Source: Pelagibacterales bacterium SAG-MED13 (lineage in GTDB: Bacteria; Pseudomonadota; Alphaproteobacteria; Pelagibacterales; Pelagibacteraceae). Taken from it: a DNA stretch of 64,000 nt. This document shows, one piece after another, positions 31,491 through 42,684 of the stretch; position 1 is the first letter of the stretch, and each line of letters opens with the position of its first letter. A program made the position numbers and the translations under genes. The notes under the pieces were generated by a model. The model was not told the origin of the DNA, did not search any database, and saw only the letters and a program-made list of their open reading frames with translations. Location: contig JACWDK010000001.1 of NCBI GenBank assembly GCA_014654165.1, positions 70,430 through 134,429 on the forward strand. Direction: 5' to 3'.

Positions 31491-32819
31491 TTATGCTACC
31501 TTCTGATTTGATTTACTTATTATTTCTCCAAATAAAGTACTTCTATTACTTCGTTTAATTTTTACATTTAAAATTTTTCCTATGTCTTCTTTATTACCGT
31601 CAAATATTACAGGTGTCATGAATTCCGTGCGCCCAAATACTTGCCTCTTGTCCTTTGTTAAATTCTCAACTAATACATTTAACGATTTATTTTCTAAAGA
31701 CTTATTCATAATGATTTGATTTTCAAAAAGTTGATTTTGTATTTTTAACAATCTTTCAATAGAAACTTCTCTCTTAACCTGTTTAAGATTTGCCGCCACT
31801 GTTCCAGGTCTGGGACTAAAAATAAATGAATATGAATTAATAAACTTAACTTTTTTAATTAAATCTAAAGTTTCTTCAAAATCTTTTTCTTCCTCACCAG
31901 GATAACCAATAATGAAATCACTAGAAAATTCTATTTTAGGATTAATTTTTTTTAACTTATAAAAAATTTTTAAGTACTCACTTATGGAATGTTGTCTGTT
32001 CATTAGATTTAAAATTTTATTGGATCCACTTTGAACAGGTAAATGTACTAGTGGCATTAATTTTTTTGAGTGCTTATAAATATCAACTAAATCATTTGTC
32101 ATATCTTTTGGGTGAGAAGTGGTAAATCTCAGTCTTTTTACATTTGAAAATTTTTCAATCTCTAGAATTAAATTCGATAATCTATATTCTCCACTTTTGT
32201 AAGCATTAACATTCTGACCAAGCAAAAATATTTCCTTTGCCCCGTTATCCGCTAAAAATTTTGCTTCATCTATAATCTGTTGAAATGGTCTTGAGAACTC
32301 AGGCCCCCTTGTGTAAGGCACTACACAAAAATGACAAAATTTATCACATCCCTCTTGTATTGTTAAAAATGAAGATGCTTTTCCTGAATTATTTTTAATT
32401 TTACTTAGATAATCAAATTTAGTATCAGCATCAAATTCGGTAATTTCTGTTTTTTCTTTTTTCTCAACATAATTTAATATTTTATCATTAATTTCATGAT
32501 AAGATTGAGGACCTATTACAATATCTATGAAAGGCTCTCTTCTCAACATTTCTTGATTTTCGGCCTGTGCAACACAACCAGTAACAATAACCAGTGGTTT
32601 TTTTTTTAATCTAAAAACTTTTTTAACTCTACCGATCTCATGGTAAACTTTTTCTTTTGCCTTATCCCTAATGTGGCATGTATTTAAGACATAACAATTA
32701 GCATCATAGTAATTGTCAGTTTTATAATAACCAATTTTTTTTACTATATCAAAAATACGATTTGAATCATATTCGTTCATTTGACATCCAAAAGTTTTAA
32801 TAAATATTTTTTGCTTCAT
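31491..32819 (-). CDS. miaB: tRNA-2-methylthio-N6-dimethylallyladenosine synthase
   Basis: TFGCQMNEYDS, CDKFCHFC radical SAM motif, TRAM domain. Confidence 0.97.
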   Translation of the reverse strand: MKQKIFIKTFGCQMNEYDSNRIFDIVKKIGYYKTDNYYDANCYVLNTCHIRDKAKEKVYHEIGRVKKVFRLKKKPLVIVTGCVAQAENQEMLRREPFIDIVIGPQSYHEINDKILNYVEKKEKTEITEFDADTKFDYLSKIKNNSGKASSFLTIQEGCDKFCHFCVVPYTRGPEFSRPFQQIIDEAKFLADNGAKEIFLLGQNVNAYKSGEYRLSNLILEIEKFSNVKRLRFTTSHPKDMTNDLVDIYKHSKKLMPLVHLPVQSGSNKILNLMNRQHSISEYLKIFYKLKKINPKIEFSSDFIIGYPGEEEKDFEETLDLIKKVKFINSYSFIFSPRPGTVAANLKQVKREVSIERLLKIQNQLFENQIIMNKSLENKSLNVLVENLTKDKRQVFGRTEFMTPVIFDGNKEDIGKILNVKIKRSNRSTLFGEIISKSNQKVA

Positions 32820-33251
32820 TTATTGAGATTTTTTTTTAATCCCATATAGCTCTAGTTTATGATCAACTAAAGAGTAACCATATTTTTCTGCAACTTTTAT
32901 TTGAAGTTTTTCAATTTCTTCATCTACAAATTCTATTATTTCACCTGTCTTAACGTCTATTAAGTGATCATGGTGACTTTCTATCATTGCTTCATATCTT
33001 GCCTTACCACCTTTAAAATCATGTTTTGCTAATATACCAGCCTCTTCTAACAGTTTCACTGTTCTATAAACTGTTGCAATACTAATTTTAGAGTCTATTT
33101 TTGATACTCTGCTATACAATTCATCTACGTCTGGATGATCTGAGTCTCCATAAGCTTCTTTTGATTGTGATATTACTTTTACAATCAATTTTCTCTGATC
33201 GGTTAGTTTAACACCTTTTGATAAACATTTTTGTTCAATTGTATCTGACAT
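32820..33251 (-). CDS. fur: Ferric uptake regulator (Fur/Mur)
   Basis: DHPDVDELY, SIATVYRT, HHDHLID; conserved position beside miaB. Confidence 0.92.
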   Translation of the reverse strand: MSDTIEQKCLSKGVKLTDQRKLIVKVISQSKEAYGDSDHPDVDELYSRVSKIDSKISIATVYRTVKLLEEAGILAKHDFKGGKARYEAMIESHHDHLIDVKTGEIIEFVDEEIEKLQIKVAEKYGYSLVDHKLELYGIKKKSQ

Positions 33252-33260
33252 AATTTAATT

Positions 33261-33647
33261 TTAACTTATATAAATAGGATTAATCAAATTTTTTTTAATC
33301 TTAAATTTATCGCATAGAATGGGGATATTTTCATACTTAATTTCACTAATATCTTTAAAATCTTTAGAACTATAACAATAATAATCAATTTTCTTTGCTA
33401 AATGGATTGCTTTGACTGTAGATAAAGAGTTTCTTATTCCTGCAAAACTACCTGGACCTCTATTTACATAAATTGTTAAAATATCTTTTAATTTCATGTT
33501 TTTTGAACTCAAAAACTCATTGATCAATATCATTAATTTTTCATAATTAGTTTTGCTATTTTTATGACTGATATTATAAATATCATTATTATTAATGATC
33601 ATTAAAAATATATCTTCTCCTGCAACATCAATAATTAGTTTTGTCAT
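33261..33647 (-). CDS. tsaB: Short TsaB (YeaZ)-like t6A biosynthesis protein
   Basis: MTKLIID start (ATG 33647), VNRGPGSFAGIR motif, C-terminal PIY. Confidence 0.75.
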   Translation of the reverse strand: MTKLIIDVAGEDIFLMIINNNDIYNISHKNSKTNYEKLMILINEFLSSKNMKLKDILTIYVNRGPGSFAGIRNSLSTVKAIHLAKKIDYYCYSSKDFKDISEIKYENIPILCDKFKIKKNLINPIYIS

Positions 33648-34650
33648 TTCTATATTTTTTTTTTTGGTAAATTCTAATGCAGAAGATGATAATAGCAAAT
33701 ATTATTCAAAAGATGAAGGTATAGTGTCAATAATGTACCATCGTTTTAATGAATCAAAATATCCGTCAACCAATATTCAAATTGAAATATTTAAAGAACA
33801 CTTATTTATTATCAAAAATTCTAATTTCGACTTTTATAATCCAGCAGATTTTAAAAATAATTTTGATATACCCAAGATAAATAAAAAAATTTTACTTACC
33901 ATAGATGATGGTTTTGAGTCTTTTTATAAGGAGGCTTGGCCTATTTTGAAAAAAGACAAGATACCCTTTATTTTATTTGTATCGACTGAACCTGTGGGTA
34001 AAAATGGATATATGACTTGGAATCAAATAAAAGAAATAGAAAAATTTGAGTTTGTTGAAATTGGTCATCACTCTCATTCTCATGATTATTTAATAGATAA
34101 AACAAATGAAGAGTTTGTATCTGATATTAAAAAAGCTAATAATTTATTTTTAAAAAATTTAGGATATATTCCGCCATTATTTTCCTATCCTTTTGGTGAA
34201 TATTCTAAATTTATGAAAGACTATATTTCTAAAAATTTTCTATTTTCATTTGGTCAGCATTCAGGAATAATTGATTTAAATAAGGATAAATTTGAACTAC
34301 CTAGATTTCCAATTAATGAAAAATATGGTGAAGTGAAAAGATTTAAGTCAATTGTTAATTATTTTCCATTAGAATATAGAAGCCTAATGCCAGAGGAAAA
34401 AAAATTAAAAAAAGAGAACAATCCGCCAAGATTTTTGGTAAAATTTTTTAAAGACCAAAAAAATTTAGACCGTATAAGTTGTTATTCTAACGAAGGTGGT
34501 ATTTGGGAAAAATCAAAAATTAGATTTAATAATTTAGAGCTTACAATTGAATTTAGAGAACCCTTTGTTCCAAGAAGAGGTAGAATTAATTGCTCATTAC
34601 ATGATGGAAATAAATGGAGATGGTTCGGCACTCAATTTACAGTAAGATAA
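33595..34650 (+). CDS. Exported polysaccharide deacetylase (CE4/NodB)
   Basis: Signal peptide, IMYHRF, LTIDDG, GHHSHSH, FSYPFGE. Confidence 0.88.
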   Translation: MIIKNISSPATSIISFVISIFFFLVNSNAEDDNSKYYSKDEGIVSIMYHRFNESKYPSTNIQIEIFKEHLFIIKNSNFDFYNPADFKNNFDIPKINKKILLTIDDGFESFYKEAWPILKKDKIPFILFVSTEPVGKNGYMTWNQIKEIEKFEFVEIGHHSHSHDYLIDKTNEEFVSDIKKANNLFLKNLGYIPPLFSYPFGEYSKFMKDYISKNFLFSFGQHSGIIDLNKDKFELPRFPINEKYGEVKRFKSIVNYFPLEYRSLMPEEKKLKKENNPPRFLVKFFKDQKNLDRISCYSNEGGIWEKSKIRFNNLELTIEFREPFVPRRGRINCSLHDGNKWRWFGTQFTVR

Positions 34651-34652
34651 TA

Positions 34653-35738
34653 TTAAATTAAACTTTCAAGTTCTTTACTGGAAGGTAATAATTTAGCATC
34701 ATCAAAATCTTTCAAATTGTTTTGTTTTATTATTTTTTTTAAAACTTCAACATATTGATCTCCAGTTTCAGCATATTTGTCTAAATATTTAGACAAAGTT
34801 ATACTATCTAAAGATTTACCTAAATCTCTCAACTCTGCTCTAGCCAACCTAAAATCTTTATAACTAGAATGTGTGTTTAAATTTCTTTGATATGCTCTGA
34901 CAGATGCTTGTAAAACATTAAACCTCATAACTTTATGTCCTTGATCTTTATCAGCTTCTTTAGGTTTTAAACCCTCACCAGACCAAGTCCATTGACCAAA
35001 TAATGCATTTCCTTGTTGCGCAAATCTCGAAGTACCCCACCCAGTCTCTTTAGCTGCTTGAGCTATTGCAAGAGAGACTGGAATTTCATCCATTCTAATC
35101 TTTAATTCAGATAAATCCTTAGATGGAACTCCGTATTGTTTATACTTTTTATTTAACCATTTTCTTTCTAAACCGGAATTATTGCTTTTATTGATTATTG
35201 CAAATAATCTCATTCTATCTAATTTTATATTATTATTTTCTTCTAGAATTAAAGGCAAAATAATTTGAATAAAAAGATCTTTCCTTTTTTTTGAATTTTC
35301 AATCATTTTAATTTCAGCTGGCAAGAGAGATAGAGCAACTGGTTTTACTAATTTTGTTTTTCTAACATCGTCTAATTTGTAATTTGTATCCTCAAATAAT
35401 TGTTTAATTGTAGATGCATCAAGTCTTACAGTGTCTGTTTCTTGATCATTTAAACTATATATATCTATCAATAAATCATCCTCATTAAGCTTTAGTTTAT
35501 CTTGATTGCTATTACTTGGTTGATTATTTAATGTATACGCTAAAATTGCTTTTGAATTGTTCTGAAACCCATCTTTAGTGATTATCTTGTTATTTGTGAA
35601 ATTTATAATTATTGGAAAAGAATAAAAAAACAAGATAACAACCAAAGAACTTAATAGAATTCTCGGAATAGTCTGTAAATTATTATCCTTTAACAATCTA
35701 ACGACTTTAATATTTGTTTTTTTAAAGGTTTTTTTCAT
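34653..35738 (-). CDS. Membrane-anchored glucosaminidase-domain (Bax-like) protein
   Basis: IPVSLAIAQAAKETGWGTSRFAQQGNALFG, NLNTH. Confidence 0.87.
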   Translation of the reverse strand: MKKTFKKTNIKVVRLLKDNNLQTIPRILLSSLVVILFFYSFPIIINFTNNKIITKDGFQNNSKAILAYTLNNQPSNSNQDKLKLNEDDLLIDIYSLNDQETDTVRLDASTIKQLFEDTNYKLDDVRKTKLVKPVALSLLPAEIKMIENSKKRKDLFIQIILPLILEENNNIKLDRMRLFAIINKSNNSGLERKWLNKKYKQYGVPSKDLSELKIRMDEIPVSLAIAQAAKETGWGTSRFAQQGNALFGQWTWSGEGLKPKEADKDQGHKVMRFNVLQASVRAYQRNLNTHSSYKDFRLARAELRDLGKSLDSITLSKYLDKYAETGDQYVEVLKKIIKQNNLKDFDDAKLLPSSKELESLI

Positions 35739-35740
35739 GA

Positions 35741-36283
35741 TTAAATAGCAACTACCTCTTTAACTTCAGGTAGATAATGGCATAAAAGATTTTGAACACC
35801 CTGCTTTAATGTCATCGTGGAGCTTGGACATCCAGAACAACTTCCTTGTAATTGCACTTTAACTATACCATTTTTAAATTCTTTAAACCTAATGTCACCT
35901 CCATCCTTTGCAACTGCTGGTCTTATTTTTTGATCGAGTATTTTTATAATTTTTTTTTCTATCTCATTTAAATCTTCGTTTGTAGACTCGTTTATATCTT
36001 TGTTAATTACATAATCTTTTCCTGATGAATAAAAATCATTGATTAATGAAATTACTATATGTTTAATTTCATCCCAAGGCGTGTCGTTATATTTATTTAC
36101 AGATATAAAATCTTTACTTAAAAAAATCCCTTCTACACCATTTATTGACATAATGTTTGTAATAAGTTCGTTTTTGACATTATCTTTTTTTGTTATCTCA
36201 AATGATCCACCATTTGAGACTACTTTTCCTGGTAAAAATTTAAGGGAATTTGGATTAGGTGTAATTTCAGTCTGCACAAACAT
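35741..36283 (-). CDS. nfuA: NifU/NfuA-family Fe-S carrier
   Basis: TPNPNSLKF N-domain, RPAVAKDGGDI, GSCSGCPSS. Confidence 0.88.
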   Translation of the reverse strand: MFVQTEITPNPNSLKFLPGKVVSNGGSFEITKKDNVKNELITNIMSINGVEGIFLSKDFISVNKYNDTPWDEIKHIVISLINDFYSSGKDYVINKDINESTNEDLNEIEKKIIKILDQKIRPAVAKDGGDIRFKEFKNGIVKVQLQGSCSGCPSSTMTLKQGVQNLLCHYLPEVKEVVAI

Positions 36284-36335
36284 ACTTTATATATAATCAA
36301 AATTTCATAAATTTAAACTTGTTAATTAAAATAAT

Positions 36336-37337
36336 CTAAAAACCGACTATTTCGTGAATTTTCTCAATCTTTTTTGTCGCTATATCGTTGGCTTTGGAAC
36401 GGCCATCTAAAAGTATTTTATCTAAATAACTTTTTTCATTTAGTAACTTTTTAATGTCATTTGAAATGGGCTTGATTTTATCAACTAAAATTTCAGACAA
36501 TTTTTCTTTGAATTCAGAAATATTTTTTCCAGAAAATTCATTTAGAGATTTTTCAAAATCTAGATCAGAGATGCTTGCATAAATTCCAATTAAATTCTTT
36601 ACCTCTGGTCGAGAACTTAACTCTTCCAACGATGAAGGCATCGGCAAAGAGTCTGACTTTGCTTTTTTAATTTTATTAATGATTTGATCATCATTATCTG
36701 TTAAGTTTATTCTACTAAGATCAGACATTTCTGATTTACTCATTTTTTTTGTACCATCTTTAAGACTCATAATTCTAGAAAATTCTTTTTTAATTAAAGG
36801 TTCAGGGATTTTAAAAAAATCCATAGCTTTAAAATCACTATTAAATTTTTGCGCTATGTCTCTACAAAGTTCTAAGTGTTGTTTTTGATCATCTCCGACA
36901 GGAACATGCGTAGAATCATAAAGTAGGATATCTGCTGCCATCAGAACTGGATAAGAATAAAGTCCAATACTTGCCTTTTCTTTATCTTTTCCAGCTTTTT
37001 CCTTAAATTGTGTCATTCTATTCAACCATCCCATCCTAGCGGTACAACTTAAAATCCATGCAGCCTCTGAATGTGCGCTTACCTGAGATTGGTTAAAAAT
37101 AATACTTTTTTTTGGATCTATACCACTTGCTATAAAGGTTGCTACTGTCTCGCGGATATTATCTTTTAATTCTTTAGGATCTTGATTTACAGTGATAGCG
37201 TGTAAGTCAACTACACAGAAAATACAGCTATTGTTGTTGTCGTTATTTAGCTCAACAAAATTTTTTATAGCTCCTAGATAATTTCCTAAGTGTAAATTTC
37301 CAGTGGGCTGAACTCCTGAAAAAATTTTTTTTTCCAT
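36336..37337 (-). CDS. trpS: Tryptophan--tRNA ligase
   Basis: [26 protein letters not shown]. Confidence 0.97.
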   Translation of the reverse strand: MEKKIFSGVQPTGNLHLGNYLGAIKNFVELNNDNNNSCIFCVVDLHAITVNQDPKELKDNIRETVATFIASGIDPKKSIIFNQSQVSAHSEAAWILSCTARMGWLNRMTQFKEKAGKDKEKASIGLYSYPVLMAADILLYDSTHVPVGDDQKQHLELCRDIAQKFNSDFKAMDFFKIPEPLIKKEFSRIMSLKDGTKKMSKSEMSDLSRINLTDNDDQIINKIKKAKSDSLPMPSSLEELSSRPEVKNLIGIYASISDLDFEKSLNEFSGKNISEFKEKLSEILVDKIKPISNDIKKLLNEKSYLDKILLDGRSKANDIATKKIEKIHEIVGF

Positions 37338-37339
37338 AA

Positions 37340-38869
37340 TTAATACTTTAATTTAATATCTTCATATTTAAAAGCTTTGATAAGTAGTGACAATACTAGA
37401 TAAAAAATAAAACTTAAAAAGACAGATAAAACTAAATAAATTGATTTAAGGTGATAATCATAAATAAGTTGATTTTCAAAAATTAACATTAAAGATTTAA
37501 ATATTATGCCCATAACAATTGATGCTAAAATAATTTTTATAAATCTAATCAAAAAGATTTTATTAAATCTAAATAAATTTTTATTTTTCAGAAAAATTAA
37601 CAAAATAATTGAATTGAGCCAAGATGATAACGTTGTAGCTATAGGAATAATAATAAATCCAATACTTTTAAAGTAATATACACTTATAATAATATTAATT
37701 ATGACCGAAAATAATGAGATATAAAAAGGGGTTTTGGTATCATGGTTAGCAAAAAAAAATGTTGAAAAAACTTTTATCATAGCAAAAGCAGGTAATCCTA
37801 AACCAAAATAAAAGAGTGCTTTAGCAGAGTTATTTACTGCCTCTTGGCTAAAAGAACCATATCCAAATAATCCTGAGATAATTTGATCAGATCCTATAAT
37901 TAATGCAACGGTGGCAGGTAAACTCAAAAACATACTTAGTTCTAATGCTTTATTCTGTATTAATAATATTTTATTTTTTTTCTTTAAATTAACATATTTT
38001 GAAAGTTGAGGTAGAACTACTACTCCTATTGCAATGCCAGCTAGGGCTAAGTTAATTTGATAAATCCTATCAGCGTAATATAAATATGATACAGCGCTAG
38101 CTTGAAAAGATGCAATTATTGTCCCTATAAGAATATTTATTTGGGTAACACCAGATGAAAAAATACTTGGTAATAGTTTTTTAAAAAAAATTTTAATGTC
38201 GTGATTAATCTTAAACTTAAAATGAAAACTAATTGAATAGTATTTTTTTGCAAATCCATATAAAAAAATTAATTGTAAAAAACCTGCAAAAGAAACACCG
38301 TATGAAAGATAATAAATTAAGTCATCGTTTAGAACTTTCCCAAAAATTAAAATACCAATTAAAACTAGATTTAAAATTATAGGAGCAGCTGAAGCAGCTG
38401 CGAATTTATTATGGGAGTTTAATATTGCAGCAAAAAAAGAGGATAAACAGACGAATAATAAAAATGGAAAAGTAATTCTTGTTAAATCTATTGCAAGGTC
38501 AATTTTCTTACTATTCTCTAAGAAACCTGGGGCAATCAAACCTACAAAAATAGGCATAAAGATTTCGATAATCAAAACAATGATGAATAAACATAAAAAA
38601 AGTAAATTAAAAATTTCGTTAGCAAAAACATCTGATTTAGTTTTACTTTTTGTCAATTTAGAACTGTAACTAGGTACAAAAGCTGCATTAAATGTTCCTT
38701 CAGCGAATAATCTTCTAAATGTATTTGGAATTCTAAAAGCAACAAAAAAAACATCAGCGAGATAACTGGTTCCAAGAAAGATTGCAATTAAAATATCTCT
38801 GAAATAACCAAGTAATCTGCTGATTATAGTATAAAAACCAAAAGTCCCTGTTGACTTAACTAAATTCAT
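37340..38869 (-). CDS. murJ: Lipid II flippase MurJ
   Basis: [31 protein letters not shown]; multi-TM. Confidence 0.96.
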   Translation of the reverse strand: MNLVKSTGTFGFYTIISRLLGYFRDILIAIFLGTSYLADVFFVAFRIPNTFRRLFAEGTFNAAFVPSYSSKLTKSKTKSDVFANEIFNLLFLCLFIIVLIIEIFMPIFVGLIAPGFLENSKKIDLAIDLTRITFPFLLFVCLSSFFAAILNSHNKFAAASAAPIILNLVLIGILIFGKVLNDDLIYYLSYGVSFAGFLQLIFLYGFAKKYYSISFHFKFKINHDIKIFFKKLLPSIFSSGVTQINILIGTIIASFQASAVSYLYYADRIYQINLALAGIAIGVVVLPQLSKYVNLKKKNKILLIQNKALELSMFLSLPATVALIIGSDQIISGLFGYGSFSQEAVNNSAKALFYFGLGLPAFAMIKVFSTFFFANHDTKTPFYISLFSVIINIIISVYYFKSIGFIIIPIATTLSSWLNSIILLIFLKNKNLFRFNKIFLIRFIKIILASIVMGIIFKSLMLIFENQLIYDYHLKSIYLVLSVFLSFIFYLVLSLLIKAFKYEDIKLKY

Positions 38870-38919
38870 AAATCATATTAGTCTTAATTTTATCCCATTT
38901 GTACACCTAATTAAGATAA

Positions 38920-41205
38920 ATGAAAAAAACAAAAGTTGATCATTATACAGATAAAGAAGCCTTAGAGTTTCATAGCCACAAAAAACCTGGCAAGTTAGAG
39001 ATAATAGCTTCTAAAAATATGATCACAAAAAGAGACCTTGCTTTAGCTTACTCTCCCGGTGTTGCAGTTCCAGTAAAAAAAATTAGTGAAAATCCAGAGG
39101 CAGCATATGACTATACTAGTAAAGGTAATTTAGTTGCTGTAATCAGTAATGGTTCAGCAATCTTAGGAATGGGAAATTTAGGTGCTCTAGCATCTAAGCC
39201 AGTAATGGAAGGGAAGGCAGTCTTATTTAAAAGGTTCGCCGATATAGACTCTATCGATCTTGAAATTGACTCAACTAATTCCAATGAAATTATAAATTCT
39301 ATTAAAAACTTTGCTCCATCATTTGGGGGTATAAATTTAGAAGATATAGCTGCACCCGATTGTTTTGTTATAGAGGAAAAACTTAAAGAAATTTTAGATA
39401 TACCAGTATTTCATGATGATCAACATGGAACAGCAATTATAACTACCGCAGCTCTTATTAATGCATTGGACATAAATAAAAAAAAGATAGATAAGATAAA
39501 AGTTGTTGTTAATGGTGCTGGGGCATCTGCGATGGCTTGTGCTAATCTATTTAAAAGGAGTGGTGTTCCACAAAAAAATATCACTATGATTGATCGTAGT
39601 GGGGTAATTTATAGAGGTAGAAATAAATTAAATCAATGGAAGTCTGCCCATGCGATTAAAACTTCAGATAGAACACTTGAAGATGCAATAAATAAAGCAG
39701 ATGTTTTTTTAGGATTATCTGCAAAAGGAGCTTTAACTAAGAATATGGTAAAAAAAATGGCAAAAAATCCAATCATTTTTGCATGTGCTAATCCAGACCC
39801 TGAAATTACACCTGAGGAAGTAGAAGAAATCCGTAAAGATGCTATAATTGCTACTGGTAGATCAGATTATCCAAATCAAGTTAATAATTTAATTGGTTTC
39901 CCTTATATTTTTAGAGGAGCTTTAGATGTAAGATCTAAAACTATTAATGAAGAAATGAAAGTTGCTGCAGCTAATGCAATAGCAAAGCTTGCAAGAGAAG
40001 ATGTGCCTGATGAGGTGGTTGCTGCCATGGGCGGGGAACGACCACATTATGGTAAAGATTATATAATTCCCTCAACTTTTGATCCCCGTTTGATAAGTAT
40101 AATTCCAGTTGCGGTAGCAAAGGCTGCAATAAAAACAGGGGTGGCGAGAAAAAAAATAGAAAATTTTGATTTATATCAAGAACAACTCAAACAAAGATTA
40201 GATCCCACTGTGACTATAATGCAAGGAATAAATAACTATATCAAAAAGACTCAAAAAAAAATTGTATTTGCCGATGGTGAAGATGAAAATACTCTCAAGG
40301 CGGCAATCGCATTTAAAAATTCAAAACTTGGGATACCTATACTAGTGGGTAAAAAAGAAAAAATTAAAGAACAAATTAAAAAAATTGGCTACAATGAAAA
40401 CTTTGATATTGAGATTGTCAATTCTAAAGATACTTTAAAAAGAGAAAAATACGTTAAATACTTATTTAAAAAACTTCAAAGGGAACAAGGATTCTTGGAA
40501 TGGGACTGTGACAGGTTGGTTAGAAATGATAGAGTTATTTGGGCTTCATGTATGGTAGCCTGCGGGGATGCTGATGGAGCTGTGACAGGGAATACGAGAA
40601 GGTTTGGAGAGTCTTTAAAGAAAATTACTCAAGTTATAAAAGCAAGACCAGGTGAAATAATGTTTGGACTGAACATGGTAGTACATAAAGGTAAAACAAT
40701 ATTTGTTGGTGACACAAGTGTGCACGAATATCCAAGTTCAGAACAACTTACCGAAATTGCAATATCTAGTGCAAGAGTAGTAAGGATGTTTGGCTTTGAT
40801 CCTAAAGTTGCTTTTGTTTCTCATTCAACTTTTGGTCAACCTATTACTAGTAGGACTAAACATATAAAAGAAGCTGTGGACATTTTAAAAAAAAAGAATG
40901 TTAATTTTGAATTCGATGGTGATATGCAGCCAGATGTAGCTCTTAATGAAGAATACAAAAACCTTTATCCATTTTCAAAAATAGTTGGAAATGCAAATAT
41001 TTTGATAATGCCTGGTCAACATAGTGCTGCAATTTCATATAAAATGTTAAAGACATTTGGAGATACAAAAGTAATTGGTCCATTATTGATTGGCCTAGGC
41101 TTACCAATCGAAATTGCACCTCTAAGAAGTTCGACATCTGAGATTATTAATTTAGCATCTATCGCAGCTTATTCTGCAGATGTCATAGAATATAAAAAAG
41201 ATTAA
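38920..41205 (+). CDS. maeB: NADP-dependent malic enzyme with PTA-like domain
   Basis: LAYSPGVA, KPVMEGK, FHDDQHGTAI, GAGASA, C-terminal PTA domain. Confidence 0.96.
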   Translation: MKKTKVDHYTDKEALEFHSHKKPGKLEIIASKNMITKRDLALAYSPGVAVPVKKISENPEAAYDYTSKGNLVAVISNGSAILGMGNLGALASKPVMEGKAVLFKRFADIDSIDLEIDSTNSNEIINSIKNFAPSFGGINLEDIAAPDCFVIEEKLKEILDIPVFHDDQHGTAIITTAALINALDINKKKIDKIKVVVNGAGASAMACANLFKRSGVPQKNITMIDRSGVIYRGRNKLNQWKSAHAIKTSDRTLEDAINKADVFLGLSAKGALTKNMVKKMAKNPIIFACANPDPEITPEEVEEIRKDAIIATGRSDYPNQVNNLIGFPYIFRGALDVRSKTINEEMKVAAANAIAKLAREDVPDEVVAAMGGERPHYGKDYIIPSTFDPRLISIIPVAVAKAAIKTGVARKKIENFDLYQEQLKQRLDPTVTIMQGINNYIKKTQKKIVFADGEDENTLKAAIAFKNSKLGIPILVGKKEKIKEQIKKIGYNENFDIEIVNSKDTLKREKYVKYLFKKLQREQGFLEWDCDRLVRNDRVIWASCMVACGDADGAVTGNTRRFGESLKKITQVIKARPGEIMFGLNMVVHKGKTIFVGDTSVHEYPSSEQLTEIAISSARVVRMFGFDPKVAFVSHSTFGQPITSRTKHIKEAVDILKKKNVNFEFDGDMQPDVALNEEYKNLYPFSKIVGNANILIMPGQHSAAISYKMLKTFGDTKVIGPLLIGLGLPIEIAPLRSSTSEIINLASIAAYSADVIEYKKD

Positions 41206-41795
41206 TCTTTTTGTATTCTTAGATCATCTACAAGTAAAATACTTGCAATTACATCTTCAACATCTAATATTTCTTTTGCTTCTTGAATTACTTCTAACTG
41301 CTCGTCAGAATTTATTGATATTCCATAAATATATATTTTTTTTTTATAGGTATCAATTTGATAATTTGAAGATTTAATATTTTTATTCAAAACTAAAGCT
41401 GTGCGTAATTGAGAAGTAATGAGAAGGTCTTTGGATGATTGTTTTAAATTAAATTTTTCTTTTATCTTTATATCATTTCTTACAGACCTAACACCCACTG
41501 TTTCCCATGCAAGCTTTGTCAATTTAAGTTTTTCTTCAGGGTTATCTACTTTTCCAGTTAAAAAGATTCTACCGTCTAAAACCTTTGATTTAATAGACAA
41601 TAAATATTTCTTGTCTAAGAGAATAACTCTTGCAGATATATTTTTTTGCATAATGGAGTCATCAATTTGAGTTCCTAATGACCTAGGATCAAGCGCAACT
41701 GATACACCTGTTCCAAAAATTCCCTTGGAAGATACTCCCACACATCCAGATAATATTACACTAATAAATATGAATATTAATAATTTATTTTTCAT
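41202..41795 (-). CDS. BON-domain lipoprotein (DolP/YraP-like)
   Basis: Lipobox LSGC, D.RSLGTQIDD, two BON repeats. Confidence 0.87.
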   Translation of the reverse strand: MKNKLLIFIFISVILSGCVGVSSKGIFGTGVSVALDPRSLGTQIDDSIMQKNISARVILLDKKYLLSIKSKVLDGRIFLTGKVDNPEEKLKLTKLAWETVGVRSVRNDIKIKEKFNLKQSSKDLLITSQLRTALVLNKNIKSSNYQIDTYKKKIYIYGISINSDEQLEVIQEAKEILDVEDVIASILLVDDLRIQKD

Positions 41796-42648
41796 TTTTT
41801 ATTTTTAAACAATAATTATAAATTTCTTTTTTAGAAACCAGATTATTTTGACCTATAAAATTTGTTATTTCTTTTATACTAAATTTTTTAATCATCTTAT
41901 TAATATTTCTTTTATCTGATTCATTTAATATATGTGAGTTTTTTTTATTTATTTTTTTTTCAGAAATAACTATTGTTATCTCTCCCTTAACTTCTTTATC
42001 AAATAACATTAAATCTTCGACATTACATCTAATGTATTCTTCATAAAATTTTGTCATTTCCCTACAAATTAAGATTTTTCTTTGAGGAAAATTTTTCTTG
42101 ATTACTGGGATTGCTTTATTGATTTTTTTTGGTGAAACAAAAAAAATTATGCTTGAGTTTAATTTAGATAGTATTTCTAAATCTTTTTTCAGGTCTTTTT
42201 CTTTGGTAGGAAAAAAACCATAAAAAAAATATTTATCTGAGAAACCACTTGCTGAAACAGAAGTATTAACTGCTGAAGCACCTGGTAATGGGATTATATT
42301 AATATTTTCTTTTATACATTCTCTTACTAGTAGAGCACCGGGATCTGAAATGCTAGGAGTGCCTGCATCAGATATAAGTGAAATTATCTTTTCACTTTTT
42401 AAGTAATTAATAACTTGTGATAAATTCCTTTTCTCATTAAATTTGTGATTAGAAATTAATTTAGATTTAATTCCAAATTTATTTAGTAGTTTTCCTGATA
42501 TTCTAGTGTCCTCACAAAGAATAAGGTCAGATTTTTTTAAAATTTCTACAGCTCTATATGTAATATCACCTAGATTTCCAATTGGAGTTGGTATTAAATA
42601 TAGACCATTTTTTGATTCTTTGTTGAGTGATGCAGAATTTATGGTCAT
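41785..42648 (-). CDS. rsmI: 16S rRNA C1402 2'-O-methyltransferase
   Basis: TPIGNLGDIT, CEDTR, SDAGTPSISDPG. Confidence 0.96.
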   Translation of the reverse strand: MTINSASLNKESKNGLYLIPTPIGNLGDITYRAVEILKKSDLILCEDTRISGKLLNKFGIKSKLISNHKFNEKRNLSQVINYLKSEKIISLISDAGTPSISDPGALLVRECIKENINIIPLPGASAVNTSVSASGFSDKYFFYGFFPTKEKDLKKDLEILSKLNSSIIFFVSPKKINKAIPVIKKNFPQRKILICREMTKFYEEYIRCNVEDLMLFDKEVKGEITIVISEKKINKKNSHILNESDKRNINKMIKKFSIKEITNFIGQNNLVSKKEIYNYCLKIKNEK

Positions 42649-42684
42649 AATTATACTATATTATTTTTATAACAATATCATCAA

